The position numbers and the translations under genes were made by a program. This document shows, piece by piece, positions 9,377 through 19,855 of a stretch of 64,000 nucleotides of DNA; positions within the stretch are counted from its first letter, which is position 1, and each line of letters opens with the position of its first letter. A model generated the notes under the pieces. The model did not search any database, was not told the origin of the DNA, and was given only the letters and a program-made list of their open reading frames with translations. The DNA comes from Andalucia godoyi And28 (lineage: Eukaryota > Protista > Jakobida), in the NCBI GenBank assembly GCA_009859145.1, contig VRVR01000003.1, positions 1 to 64,000 on the forward strand, written 5' to 3'.

Positions 9377-10603
9377 TTACAAAGAGGCAACTTCTTTAAT
9401 TCTTCTAGCCAGCCATACGTGATAGGATATACCAGTTTTGGACGATCTTTCGACAACGTAGGCGCGCAGGCGTCGCCATGCCAGGTCAGAGAGAGTTAGA
9501 ATCTCAAAGCCTGCTTGCTTTTGTCGAATTGCATACTGCAGACCCAAAACCCATTGGTCGCATACCTTTCTTGACGGAGCCAAAATCTCAAGCACGCGGT
9601 CCTTGGATTGGAGCAGAATAAAACGATTCCATTGGTCCGACGTTAAACCGCGAATGTTTTCAGTAGGAGGATGGAAGCCATAGTGAATCTTGCACACATC
9701 AGAAAGAACCAAGAACTTTTCTGGTTTGGAGGCTGCCTGTCCGGGTTTTTGCGCCCAGTTTAACTGAGAGAAATCGGAGGAAAGGACAAAATACCTTTCG
9801 TGAGAAGACTTCTTTCCCGACACATACTTGGACATGACCACTTCTTCGAGCAACGAGTCAAGTGCATTACTGCCCTTCTTCAACGCTGCTGTCACATGTG
9901 TGTCGCGGATCTGGAGGCGAATAGCCGGAAGACAAACTTTCGCAGAAACAGAGTCGTCGCCCTCTGCAACAGAGTTCTGGACCGGTGGAGCGTCCGACAC
10001 TGCGATGGGTACAAGTCGGCTGTCGGAAGGCATCGTTTTCCGTCGAGCAGCCTTCTCTGCCGACATCCGTTCAAACTCCTCCTGAACATCTTCGTCGCTG
10101 TCGCCGGATTCCAAACAGAAATCATCGTCCTCGTCTGCTTGCGGGGAAGTAAAAGAAAAGGCGCTCGACATGGAAAGAATACGCGACGGATCCACTTCAG
10201 TCGACGGCATTTGCGGAAGTTCGAGAGACGCACGGTACTCGGATTGAATAGATTGCACAATATTCATCCAAATTTCAAACTCGGACGCGCCAACACCGCG
10301 CTTCTTGCTCGTGAATTTGTATGTGTACCATGGATACACAAGCTGAAACCCTGCATCACGTCCCGAATACGGCTGGTCAAACGCCCGAACGTCGCATCTC
10401 TCCAGAGACAATGTTCCTGCCGGCTCCAGATCGGTCTGTGATTTGTAATAGTAAAAGACGCGTCCCGAGATCACACACCAGCGGACTTGCCAGGAATTCC
10501 TTGGCGAGAGCTTCAACAGCCACCCCGATAACCTCGTTCTGCTGATGAGAGCGGCAGCAGGAATACGACGATCCGCAGGAACTTTGGGTGGTTTTGCAGC
10601 CAT
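9377..10603 (-). CDS. Tandem PH-domain protein (N-terminal PH, C-terminal PLC-type PH)
   Basis: LSGWLLKLSPRNSWQVRWCVI...FEIWM and ERYFVLSSDFSQLNW...CDQWVLGLQ. Start placed at MAAKPP because upstream sequence is low-complexity. Confidence 0.75.
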   Translation of the reverse strand: MAAKPPKVPADRRIPAAALISRTRLSGWLLKLSPRNSWQVRWCVISGRVFYYYKSQTDLEPAGTLSLERCDVRAFDQPYSGRDAGFQLVYPWYTYKFTSKKRGVGASEFEIWMNIVQSIQSEYRASLELPQMPSTEVDPSRILSMSSAFSFTSPQADEDDDFCLESGDSDEDVQEEFERMSAEKAARRKTMPSDSRLVPIAVSDAPPVQNSVAEGDDSVSAKVCLPAIRLQIRDTHVTAALKKGSNALDSLLEEVVMSKYVSGKKSSHERYFVLSSDFSQLNWAQKPGQAASKPEKFLVLSDVCKIHYGFHPPTENIRGLTSDQWNRFILLQSKDRVLEILAPSRKVCDQWVLGLQYAIRQKQAGFEILTLSDLAWRRLRAYVVERSSKTGISYHVWLARRIKEVASL

Positions 10604-11145
10604 CGTTTTTTCTTCTTCGGTTTTCTTTTTCTTCTGATGACACTGTTGTATGAATCGGACGACTGTGCAGAGAGTTTTTAATAGAAATTTAAAAAAATTA
10701 AATAAACAAAAATATATTAAGAGACGGAAAGAGAGAATCAAATTAAACTAAATTAAACAGAGTGTACCGATGCAGAGATAGATGAAACAACGCAATACAA
10801 GACAGTTCGTTTCAGTCGTGATGGAGGAATAGCAGACTGTCTTTGGGGCGATTTTCCAAAGGTCAAACGGCCCCTCGCCGTTCGCAAGATGGGCCTGTCG
10901 GGATTCGGGAAACTCGAGCCTGTTGAGGCGATAATTGTTTGCCTTGACACCACCATGCAGCTCCGATAGGCCACAAAAAAAAAAGCCGACACAGTCTTTG
11001 CCCGACTCCGCATGTTGTTGTTGTTTACTCGGTACTGTCGTCGTTCTTTCCCTCCCTTTTCTTTTCCTCTCATCGTTGGGCTTGTTCTGTATATAAAATT
11101 CTTTTCTCTTTTCTCTTTTTTCCTTTTTCCTTTTCCTTTTTCCTG

Positions 11146-11204
11146 TTTCCGTTTTCCGTTTTCCGTTTTCCGTTTTCCGTTTTCCGTTTTCCGTTTTCCG
11201 TTTT
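11146..11204 (+). repeat. (CCGTTTT)n heptamer tandem repeat, about 8 copies
   Basis: Read directly; lies in the divergent promoter just upstream of the 11261 gene. Confidence 0.9.
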
Positions 11205-11260
11205 CACTCCCGCATCACCCGCTTCCGCTTTTTCCTCATTCCAGTTTCTGAAATAACAAG

Positions 11261-14200
11261 ATGACGGAAGCGATAGCGAGAAAATTGCTCAACAAACATT
11301 TGTCACTGTTCATCAAAGACTACAACTCCAAACAACTCAAGCTTTCTGTACTCGGTGGCAAATGCCGGCTTGAGAACCTGGAGATCAAGGACGAGATCCT
11401 GCAAGAAGTACTTTGTCTCGCTGGGCTGAACTTCATGCGGGGCGTTCGGGGGGTTATTCGAGCCCTTGATGTCAAGGCGTCTGTGACGTCGCTCAAAACG
11501 GAGCCGATAGTCGTCAACATTTCCGGCATCGACATCGATCTCGAGGAGCACATGCACATGCAAGCGACAACTCAAATCATCAAGACATATTTTGCCAATG
11601 AGTTTGGCACCGAAGACGATAAGGAAAAGGAAAAGGAAAAGGAAAAGGAAAAGGAACTGACGCCGGGTAGCAAGAAGAAGCCGGCCAAGTACGGACTTGG
11701 AGACAAGATTGGGGATGGCATTCGCATTGAGATTGAGCGGATATCATTCAGACTGCAGGTTCGAGGATCGTATCGTTACGCTCCTCGGTTTGGTCCCTGG
11801 ACTCCACCGCGATTCTTGTTTGAAATGAGGAATTTCTCTCTGTATACGACGAATGCAGATTGGGAAGTCGTTCCGCTGAATCAAGCCCTGCCGAAGTATC
11901 GCCGTGGTGTTTCGGAACTGTTTGTGTACAAATATGGCACCATCAAGTCGATTTCCATGAGGATGTCCAAGTTTCCGGATTTCGATGATTTTTCCATGTC
12001 AATTGCAGACAATGTTGGAGCGATTATCAAGATGCAAATGAAGAAAAAGTCGCTCGGTGGCGACATTTTGGATTTGAATGTTCAGACGTTTGTGGATCCC
12101 CTGCAACTGGACTTGCGGTCGTTCATTGTGAAAGGGATGCTCCATATGTTCGGTTCTATTGCGTTCTGCTTTGGCAGAACCGATTTTCCTACGGACGCAG
12201 AAAAGGCGGAAGCGGAACGAAAAACCGCGGAGGGCGTTGCACGTGCCCGAGAAACGTATCTTGCGTCTCAAAAGGATGGCGGAGTTTCATCTGCTCAGCA
12301 GCTGAAGATTGACGATGATGACGATGACGAATCGGTTGCCGAAAGTGATATTTCGTCTGTTGAAGAAGTCAAGTCCACTCCGCGGACGACAATCAACATC
12401 CAGATTCCTTCTATCCGTCTTATTGTCGATCTTCTGAACAACACCAACATGACTGTTTTTCTGCAGAAGATGCTCGTCTCTGCCGTGCTTCTCCCCGACC
12501 AACCCGGCGTCGCTTTTATTCAAGCCTCCTTTTCCCATTTGCAGATCGACTTGAAGTCTTCTGACGGGAACACTTGTCACATTCTGGAGGTAATGAGGTT
12601 TGATAATGCGTATCCGAGAGCTTCGGTCTTCGAGTTGACGGAAGGGTACAGCGTCAAGATTTCAGAGGCAGTTCCATTTTTCCCCGTTTCTGCCCCTGCC
12701 GTGGCAGACGTTTCGAAGGAATCCTCGGATGTTTCTGCCGTTGCTGTGGCGTCACCATCCGATGTCTTCCGAGTCATCGTTTCTTTGAATCTGGACGAGG
12801 ACATCGTGAAGACGCAAGGGGTGAAATTGTCTGTGAAAGGAGTCATGTCCCCCGTGCAACTTAGAATTCCGTCGTCGTTATTGTCACATCTACTCGCGAT
12901 CGGCGCATTTCTTGCGTCCCCTCCTGAAGTTGTTCCGGATGCGTCGCTCCTGGCGTTTCCGACGCCTGTGAAGAGTTCATTAGCCGCCTTTGGTGTCCGT
13001 TTTAAGGTACTAGGAAGCTCCGTTCTTGTATATGACTCGTCAAAACTAAGTAACGCTGAGTTTTCTACGCCAGACACGTTTTTGCGCCTTTTTGTGGGTG
13101 CTGTGGATATATTCATTCATCCACTGTTGGGGACGATATCGCATTCCCGCGAAGTGCAAGGAAAGCTTTCTCTTGTGGATGCATTTCGAGATCTGTGCTG
13201 GGAAGAGTATAAGTCCAAGGCCGCTTTGAAGCTTTCAGACGTTGGAGCAGAGTTCTTTGGGAAACGCACGGAGAATGTAGAGATCTTCAATGGTATGGAC
13301 ATTATTGCAAATTTTGCATTCGAATTAGCAGAAGAGTCTCGAGATGTTCCAAAGACGCTGATTCATTTTGTCCAGACGTTGTTGCGACTCAAGCTGTCAA
13401 GGTATTTGGTGCTGTCTTTGCTGAACTTGGTCTCTGCGTTTGCACCACCACCGGCAACAGGCACCGTATCACCCACCAAGCTGCAAGCAGAAGAGGTTCC
13501 TCTGAGTACCCGCGTCGACGAGCTGTTTGGCGTTGGAGTTGGCGTGGTTGAAAAAATCTTTTCGGGCATGCCATCGCTGCGAGCACTCATGTATGTTTAT
13601 GGTTTGGAAACGACGTTTTCGGATGACGCTCTTCCGTCGGCTCGATTGGCGAACATCAATTTATTCGCGGAAACGAGTGATGTGCGCCAGTGTGCAGTTT
13701 CTGCTGATGCAAAGGAAAGGACATCTCCATTTCCCGTGCAATTTTTTGTCTCTCAGGATGTCGAGACTCTGACACCTGTGCCCCGCAAAGGATATCTGCA
13801 GTCGTTCTTCCTGCCAAAGAAGGTGGGAAGGTCGTTGAGACCCGTCCACGTCAAGTTTGCAGAATCTGCGGCTCGTATGCTGGCCACAACGGAGACAATT
13901 GCGAAAGAAATCGATCTCCTTCTTTCCGAGGAAGGCGTCAATTTTATCCGGCAAGCGACGCGCGTGTTTCCGTTTCCCCAGCAAAGTGGTGTTTCGGAAG
14001 ACGATGTCGAAAGGCTGAAAAAGACTCCATCGTTGTGGGCATCGCCACAACTGGAAGGGTTTTTGTTCAAGCAAGGAGGCTCGCACAAAAATTGGAAGAA
14101 AAGGTATTTCAGGCTCGCAGATCAGTACCTCGTCTACTTTGAGTCCCTGGAAGCCGGAATGTCTCTGGGAGAGGAGCCATTTGGCATTCTCGTGCTGGAT

Positions 14201-14758
14201 TCCGAAAGTTGTGCGTCGGAAATCGAGGATAGCAAAGCGGTCGGGTTGAAGAAAGGGAACTTTGCGTTTTGCATCCAGTCGTCCAATCGATCCATGAACT
14301 TTTACTCGTTGTCAGAGAACGATAGAACCAAGTGGATTCGGGCGGTGAACGCGCACGTCGACACTCTGAGAAAGCGGTTCTTGGAGCCGAGTTCCACGGA
14401 GAAGAAATTACAGCTGGAAGTGTCTCGACAGAAGATCAAGGATATTAAAGTTGCGCTTCATCGCTCGCGAATTGCTGTCCTGCAGAGCTCGCTTGGCATG
14501 TCAGTCGACCCGTCTGCGGTGGATGGGGAAGCAGACCTCACGAATCTTGTCGTATCTTGCGCACCACGCATCAAGACTGTTTCAACGGAGTCGGATGTGA
14601 GTACATTGGATCTGGCCAAAGTCTTGTCGTCGAAATCATCCTCGGAGCTGGAATCCAAGCTTCAAAATTGTTCCAAAATGGAGGATCTTGGAAAGGATGA
14701 TCTCATTCTCCTTCTGAAAACCTCGCTCCGGCTCCTGAAAGAGGACGGCAAAATATGA
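11261..14758 (+). CDS. BLTP3: Chorein-N bridge-like lipid transfer protein (BLTP3/UHRF1BP1-like) with C-terminal PH domain
   Basis: N-terminus KLLNKHLSLFIK...LENLEIK...LKTEPI and LYTTNADWE resemble BLTP3. PH domain LEGFLFKQGGSHKNWKKRYF...KWIRAV at about 14051-14360. Confidence 0.72.
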   Translation: MTEAIARKLLNKHLSLFIKDYNSKQLKLSVLGGKCRLENLEIKDEILQEVLCLAGLNFMRGVRGVIRALDVKASVTSLKTEPIVVNISGIDIDLEEHMHMQATTQIIKTYFANEFGTEDDKEKEKEKEKEKELTPGSKKKPAKYGLGDKIGDGIRIEIERISFRLQVRGSYRYAPRFGPWTPPRFLFEMRNFSLYTTNADWEVVPLNQALPKYRRGVSELFVYKYGTIKSISMRMSKFPDFDDFSMSIADNVGAIIKMQMKKKSLGGDILDLNVQTFVDPLQLDLRSFIVKGMLHMFGSIAFCFGRTDFPTDAEKAEAERKTAEGVARARETYLASQKDGGVSSAQQLKIDDDDDDESVAESDISSVEEVKSTPRTTINIQIPSIRLIVDLLNNTNMTVFLQKMLVSAVLLPDQPGVAFIQASFSHLQIDLKSSDGNTCHILEVMRFDNAYPRASVFELTEGYSVKISEAVPFFPVSAPAVADVSKESSDVSAVAVASPSDVFRVIVSLNLDEDIVKTQGVKLSVKGVMSPVQLRIPSSLLSHLLAIGAFLASPPEVVPDASLLAFPTPVKSSLAAFGVRFKVLGSSVLVYDSSKLSNAEFSTPDTFLRLFVGAVDIFIHPLLGTISHSREVQGKLSLVDAFRDLCWEEYKSKAALKLSDVGAEFFGKRTENVEIFNGMDIIANFAFELAEESRDVPKTLIHFVQTLLRLKLSRYLVLSLLNLVSAFAPPPATGTVSPTKLQAEEVPLSTRVDELFGVGVGVVEKIFSGMPSLRALMYVYGLETTFSDDALPSARLANINLFAETSDVRQCAVSADAKERTSPFPVQFFVSQDVETLTPVPRKGYLQSFFLPKKVGRSLRPVHVKFAESAARMLATTETIAKEIDLLLSEEGVNFIRQATRVFPFPQQSGVSEDDVERLKKTPSLWASPQLEGFLFKQGGSHKNWKKRYFRLADQYLVYFESLEAGMSLGEEPFGILVLDSESCASEIEDSKAVGLKKGNFAFCIQSSNRSMNFYSLSENDRTKWIRAVNAHVDTLRKRFLEPSSTEKKLQLEVSRQKIKDIKVALHRSRIAVLQSSLGMSVDPSAVDGEADLTNLVVSCAPRIKTVSTESDVSTLDLAKVLSSKSSSELESKLQNCSKMEDLGKDDLILLLKTSLRLLKEDGKI

Positions 14759-14882
14759 TGAGCGCGCTGCAGGTAAAGAAATGTCTTCTCAGTTGCAGCA
14801 GCTTCCTCATTTTATGTATATTTTGGCGTATTATTATTATTATTATTATTATTTGGCGTTTGATGAATGCGTTTATTCATAA

Positions 14883-15980
14883 TCATGCATCACCAACAAA
14901 TGCTCCGAGAACATTCAAACGCTTTTGAATGGAATCCAGCTGCTCTCTCTTCACAGAAGTACCCTGGTCATAGAGTCGTTGAAGTCGAGCCATTTCCTTG
15001 GATGCATATTCCTTGTCGACGGCAATCTTCTCAGCAACTCGCACATAGTACGCGGCATCCTTTCCGTTGCTCAAGCTCTTCATTTCTGCAACTGCTTGCT
15101 GAGGCGACAGAGATCCGTACGCCACCTTGCGGGCAATGTCGTCCGCTGCAGAGACGCGACCGGCAGCCGACGACAATGAGCCATCTGATCGTCGATCGGT
15201 GCGTGCTTGCTCGTTCACGAAGCCAACCAAAGAGTCCAAGTCACGCCCACCCTCGTACGGCTTGTGGGTATCCGAGCCTGGCTCGAAATAAACAATAGTC
15301 GGATATCCTTTGACATCGAACTTGGACGCCAACTCACCTTCCTTTGTGGCATCGACCTTCGAAATGAGAACCTTGTCAGACTCTCCTTCAAAGGCCAATG
15401 CAAGCTTTTCGTATGTTGGTGCAAGCGACTTGCAGTGTCCACACCACGGTGCAAAGAACTCAATGAGTCTGAATTTGGAAGCAGCCGCGGTCACTTCCTT
15501 TGTAAAGCTGGAGAGAGTCAAATCAACAACTGCTGACGCCGGCTTGGAAATGGTGATGATCGCACCTGTCTTGGAGCGAATGAACGATGCAACATCGTCT
15601 GCAGTTCTTCCGCCATTGTAGTCCTCAGGCGTAGTCGAGCCTTTCGCAAAAAACTTGAACGTAGGGAAGCCCTTCACGTCAAGACGACCGCCGAGCTCTC
15701 GGTGTGTGTCGGCATTCAGCTTTGCCAGCACAACGTCCTTATGCGCACCAACGGACTTGGCATATGCCTCCCCGAGGATTGTAAACTCCGGCACAAAGTT
15801 TTTGCAGTGGCCGCACCAAGGTGCGTACGCCTCCAAAAACACAGCTCGCGATCCGTCGACAATCGAATCGTAGTTTTCCGGAGTCAGGTCCACGACACCG
15901 GTAATGGAGACTGACGGGTCGTCGGCAAGAACCACGCACACGAAGGCAAGGAAGAGAAAAACACAACCGTACAACTTCAT
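14883..15980 (-). CDS. Protein disulfide isomerase, a-a'-D type (two thioredoxin domains plus ERp29-like C-terminus)
   Basis: Signal peptide MKLYGCVFLFL; two APWCGHCK motifs; C-terminal KEMARLQRL...KRLNVL helix; no KDEL. Confidence 0.92.
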   Translation of the reverse strand: MKLYGCVFLFLAFVCVVLADDPSVSITGVVDLTPENYDSIVDGSRAVFLEAYAPWCGHCKNFVPEFTILGEAYAKSVGAHKDVVLAKLNADTHRELGGRLDVKGFPTFKFFAKGSTTPEDYNGGRTADDVASFIRSKTGAIITISKPASAVVDLTLSSFTKEVTAAASKFRLIEFFAPWCGHCKSLAPTYEKLALAFEGESDKVLISKVDATKEGELASKFDVKGYPTIVYFEPGSDTHKPYEGGRDLDSLVGFVNEQARTDRRSDGSLSSAAGRVSAADDIARKVAYGSLSPQQAVAEMKSLSNGKDAAYYVRVAEKIAVDKEYASKEMARLQRLYDQGTSVKREQLDSIQKRLNVLGAFVGDA

Positions 15981-16433
15981 GATGTCTGCATCAATACTCG
16001 TATATGGATGGGAAAAAGGAATAGCAATAACAATAATAATCATAGTAAACTATGTTTTAATCGAAGCAAAGAAAAAAAATGCTGGCGGCCACAAAGGAAA
16101 GCGGGGCGTGATTGATCGGCTTGACACGTGTGCACTTGAGGCAAGATCGAATCATTCTTTAAATTACTACAACAGCAGCTGGGGCAGTTGCTCCCGACTG
16201 CTGGGTGTTCCCGGGGTGTTCCCGGGGGTCTCCGCCTCCGGCCGCTCTCGCAAACCTGCAAATGCAGGTGCAAGAGCAAAAGCAAGAGCAAGAGACAGAT
16301 AAGATGGAGTCTCGGCGACGCAGCCATCTCATGAACACAAGAATCTTCTGCAGGCCTCATCATTGAGAGTTGTAATAATAAAAACAAACAATTAATAAAA
16401 CAAGAGATTTCGCTGAGATGAACGAACGAATCC

Positions 16434-18179
16434 TCAGCTGAAAAACTTCTGCAAATGCGAATCGAACATGGTGGGATCCAGTTCAAAGCCTTCATCAGAC
16501 GACGGAGTACCCGACACCAACCGTGCAGCAACTCGCTCGACATTGACTCCAGCCCATTTTCCAAACGAGAGGAAATGAGTTCGAGAATCATATCCCGGAG
16601 GAATGACTTCAATGACTTCAGTGGACTGGTCTACATACAGAACATGAGACAGCGCCGCACCGTGGACCGCAATCAGCACCTTGGCAGAACGGAATGCCTT
16701 AATTTGGTCTGCAAGGGTCATAGACGAGCACGAGATCGGAACAAAAGTAAACCCAAGCTCATCCGCCTTCTCTGCAAAGTAATCTTCGATCTGGCCGCGA
16801 TTCAACAATCGACGAGCAGTGTGTCCTTGCTTGCGGGGATGCGCAAAGTAATCTTCGCGAAACTCAAACACCACAACAGGCTTCCCGGATCCATCGTACA
16901 AGGGATTCGTCGGTGTGATGCTCGCCACATCGAACTGATTGATCACAAAGTCTCCGAACTGTCGAACAACGGGCTGGTATCCGCAGTCGTGCCGCGGGAT
17001 TAAATTGGTCGCTGAAAGATAACCGGCGGGGACGAAGATCGCTCTCTCGATACAAACCCTGGATCCGCGATATGCCCCAATGTACTCCACACTGCCTGAA
17101 AATACTGTTGTCCAGAAAGCATCCATGTGACTCTGTGGATGAGCATCCAAAAACAGTATCGTCACGTCCGAAACCTCATCCAGCAGTTCAAAAAGTTTGA
17201 GAGAGAAAAATGTGTTAAAAAAGTCCGTAGTAGAGTGGTATAAATTCGCGTATTCATACCGCATGGTCATCAACACAGTGTCGAGATGCACATCGCATTT
17301 CTCGCTGCTCCTTGCGGAGACGTCTTGTATCGCCTTGAACACATCGTTCATGTAGAAACGGCCAGAAATGCGATCGTCCGCAGCATTACGAGGCGCATCC
17401 TCCATAAGAAACGCACCGGGATTGAAAACCAGGTATTCATCATCTTCCGACTGACCCTTGACTTGAACGGGATCCTCGCCGCCCACAGCTCTGCCTCTCC
17501 ACTTGATCTTGCTGGTGTCAATAACCAGATTCGAAAACAAGCACGAAGATGCCTGCAAAGCATCATTGTGCAAACATAGATGTCCTTGAGTATCCGACTG
17601 AAAAACAGGCTTCCAAGAAGAGGCTGCAAAGTACTCCGCGCAGCCACCAGTAGGCTTTCGTGGTGGTTGTCCATCTGCGCCGAAACTCGCTCGGTCGTTG
17701 GATTTCGCTGATTTCTTGAGGACCGGATGGGATTCCGGAACCTTGTGGATCTTTGGTTTCGATTGCTGATTCGGAGGCGATGTTGGCAGCGATGTTGGCG
17801 GCGATGTTGGCGGCGATGTTGGCACCGGCTTCCGTCTGTCCTTTTCCGTTTTTACTCCAGAGCCCGGTTTCTCATCTTCGATGGAACTGTGCGAAGATAT
17901 GCTCGAGGATTTCTGAATGTCTTGATTGCCGTTGAGCTCAGAGGGAGACCGCTGCCGTGGAGACTTCGTCTTCACGGCCTCCAACTTTGGCTCTTTCCGA
18001 AAAATGGCAGGATCGGATGCCGAGGATAGTCGCGTGGTTTCGGGATTCAGCAATGGCTGGTGAACATCTTCCGAAAGAGAGTCCAGAACCGTTCGCAGTG
18101 TCAGCAACAGCAAAACACTCAGCAAGCATACCAACGGAATATTCGCAGACAGAATAGATGTACGAGACGAGCCGATCAT
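16434..18179 (-). CDS. Glycosyltransferase family 61, type II membrane protein
   Basis: N-terminal TM, Pro/Ser stem with PPTS repeats, YANLYH, RRLLN, HGAALSHVLY and EVIP motifs. Confidence 0.85.
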   Translation of the reverse strand: MIGSSRTSILSANIPLVCLLSVLLLLTLRTVLDSLSEDVHQPLLNPETTRLSSASDPAIFRKEPKLEAVKTKSPRQRSPSELNGNQDIQKSSSISSHSSIEDEKPGSGVKTEKDRRKPVPTSPPTSPPTSLPTSPPNQQSKPKIHKVPESHPVLKKSAKSNDRASFGADGQPPRKPTGGCAEYFAASSWKPVFQSDTQGHLCLHNDALQASSCLFSNLVIDTSKIKWRGRAVGGEDPVQVKGQSEDDEYLVFNPGAFLMEDAPRNAADDRISGRFYMNDVFKAIQDVSARSSEKCDVHLDTVLMTMRYEYANLYHSTTDFFNTFFSLKLFELLDEVSDVTILFLDAHPQSHMDAFWTTVFSGSVEYIGAYRGSRVCIERAIFVPAGYLSATNLIPRHDCGYQPVVRQFGDFVINQFDVASITPTNPLYDGSGKPVVVFEFREDYFAHPRKQGHTARRLLNRGQIEDYFAEKADELGFTFVPISCSSMTLADQIKAFRSAKVLIAVHGAALSHVLYVDQSTEVIEVIPPGYDSRTHFLSFGKWAGVNVERVAARLVSGTPSSDEGFELDPTMFDSHLQKFFS

Positions 18180-18268
18180 GTTTGCATACAACACGCAATA
18201 GAGCCGAGTGAACAATCAGCAAACATACATATTTATTGGATTTGGGAGGGGAAAAAAAAAAAAATTTA

Positions 18269-19648
18269 ATGGCTCTCGATTGGGGAATGCAGACCTCGAT
18301 GGGAAGGGCTGGTTCCCGAGTCCCCCAACTGTCTACTGTATCACCCGCCAAGTCATCGGCTAAGCTGTCACCGAAGACAGATCCAAAGCCGCGTGTTCTT
18401 TCATTTTTTGCTATCTATTTGGAGCAAGCACCAGCCGTTTCTGGGTTCATTCTCCTTTTGGGTTCCAGCGCATCGACAGCTGCAGGTGTCCAGAAAAGCT
18501 CCAGGAACTGCTGCGCCGTGTTTTTTCCCGATTGGAGCCGACGACCGCGCACACACGGACCACTGCTACAACCAATCATGTCAGAAGCGGATGCATTCAC
18601 TGCCAATATTGTATCGCATGAATCTGCCGCTCTAGGTCCTTATTGCCCGTTAGGAGTCGGCCAAATACACCATGTATCGTTTGTTGACAGTTTCGGCCAG
18701 TCCATCCGACTGTGCTACATACTGTATCGATCTCCGAGTGGCACACATGTTCACGGCTGTCCGCTCCGGTCGCCGGTTCTTTCGGAACGTCTTTCACGAA
18801 TTTCAGATTGCGAGTGCGTGCTGGAAGAGACAGCTGACCAGCTCCAGGTGCCTGAAAGGAAGAAGAACCGCATCTTGTTCATCCAAGGACTTGGAACACC
18901 CGGTTCCGCATGGCAATTTCAGGTGGATCTGCTCTTAAGAACAAGCAGCTGCGAAATTCTTGTCTTTGACAATCGCGGCTGCGGATTCTCCAGCTATCCC
19001 AAGAAAGGATACAAAACATCCGAGATGGCTCGGGATACCCTGCAGCTGCTGACGCATGTGGGTTGGTTACCGCAAGAGGTGCACATAGTCGGATTTTCTC
19101 TGGGAGGCATGATTGCCCAAGAGCTCGCCTTGCTGTTGGGCAACGCAGCATCACTGAGCTTGCTAGCCACACATTGCGGAGGCGTGCGGGCGTTCTTCCC
19201 TCCGCTCAAGGGCGTCGTCAATCTGTTTTTGAACAGCTTGGTATTTAAGAAGCCGGAGCAAAGACTCGAGAGAATGCTCCACACCATCTACCAACGCGAA
19301 GATACCCGCAGAAAAATGCGAGACTGGCACGTCCAGAGGATTGCTCGATATCCTTTGCCGCCGCCTCACGCGTTCATCGGGCAAAGCCTCGGAGCATTGA
19401 CACACTTCATCACCAGTGAAAAAGCCACAAAGTTAAGGGCGCTGAACTGTCCGAAACTTGTGATTGGTGTTTGCAACGACAACATGGTGAGGCTGTCAAA
19501 TTCTGTGGTCTTGGCAGATCTTCTGCATGCAGAATGCGTTGTTCTGCCGAACTGCGGTCACAATGTTCCGGTGGAGGAGAGCCTGCGGGTCACAGAGCTT
19601 CTGATTCACAATTTTGCGAAATCGGCAGAGTTTCATCACTGCTCCTGA
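18269..19648 (+). CDS. Alpha/beta hydrolase
   Basis: IQGLG oxyanion region, DNRGCGFS, nucleophile elbow GFSLGG, catalytic His in CGHNV. Alternative start at 18578. Confidence 0.85.
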   Translation: MALDWGMQTSMGRAGSRVPQLSTVSPAKSSAKLSPKTDPKPRVLSFFAIYLEQAPAVSGFILLLGSSASTAAGVQKSSRNCCAVFFPDWSRRPRTHGPLLQPIMSEADAFTANIVSHESAALGPYCPLGVGQIHHVSFVDSFGQSIRLCYILYRSPSGTHVHGCPLRSPVLSERLSRISDCECVLEETADQLQVPERKKNRILFIQGLGTPGSAWQFQVDLLLRTSSCEILVFDNRGCGFSSYPKKGYKTSEMARDTLQLLTHVGWLPQEVHIVGFSLGGMIAQELALLLGNAASLSLLATHCGGVRAFFPPLKGVVNLFLNSLVFKKPEQRLERMLHTIYQREDTRRKMRDWHVQRIARYPLPPPHAFIGQSLGALTHFITSEKATKLRALNCPKLVIGVCNDNMVRLSNSVVLADLLHAECVVLPNCGHNVPVEESLRVTELLIHNFAKSAEFHHCS

Positions 19649-19702
19649 GGGACGATCTCCTCCGTCTTGCGAGACTTTATTTACACAATCCTCCCTTATA
19701 AT

Positions 19703-19771
19703 TTATTATTATTATTATTACTATTATTATTATTGTTATTGTTATTGTTATTGTTATTGTTATTGTTATTG

Positions 19772-19803
<32 letters not shown>

Positions 19804-19817
19804 GGTGGTGGTGGTGG
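19703..19817 (+). repeat. Composite microsatellite (TTA)n-(TTATTG)n-(TTG)n-(GTG)n
   Basis: Read directly between two convergent stop codons. Confidence 0.9.
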
Positions 19818-19855
19818 CTGTTCTTTTATCATCCGTTTTCCACCCCCGTCTTTTA

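Noticed and set aside
10753-11073. 106-aa minus-strand ORF in the divergent spacer
   Set aside because: Low-complexity start and no motif; probably UTR or promoter.
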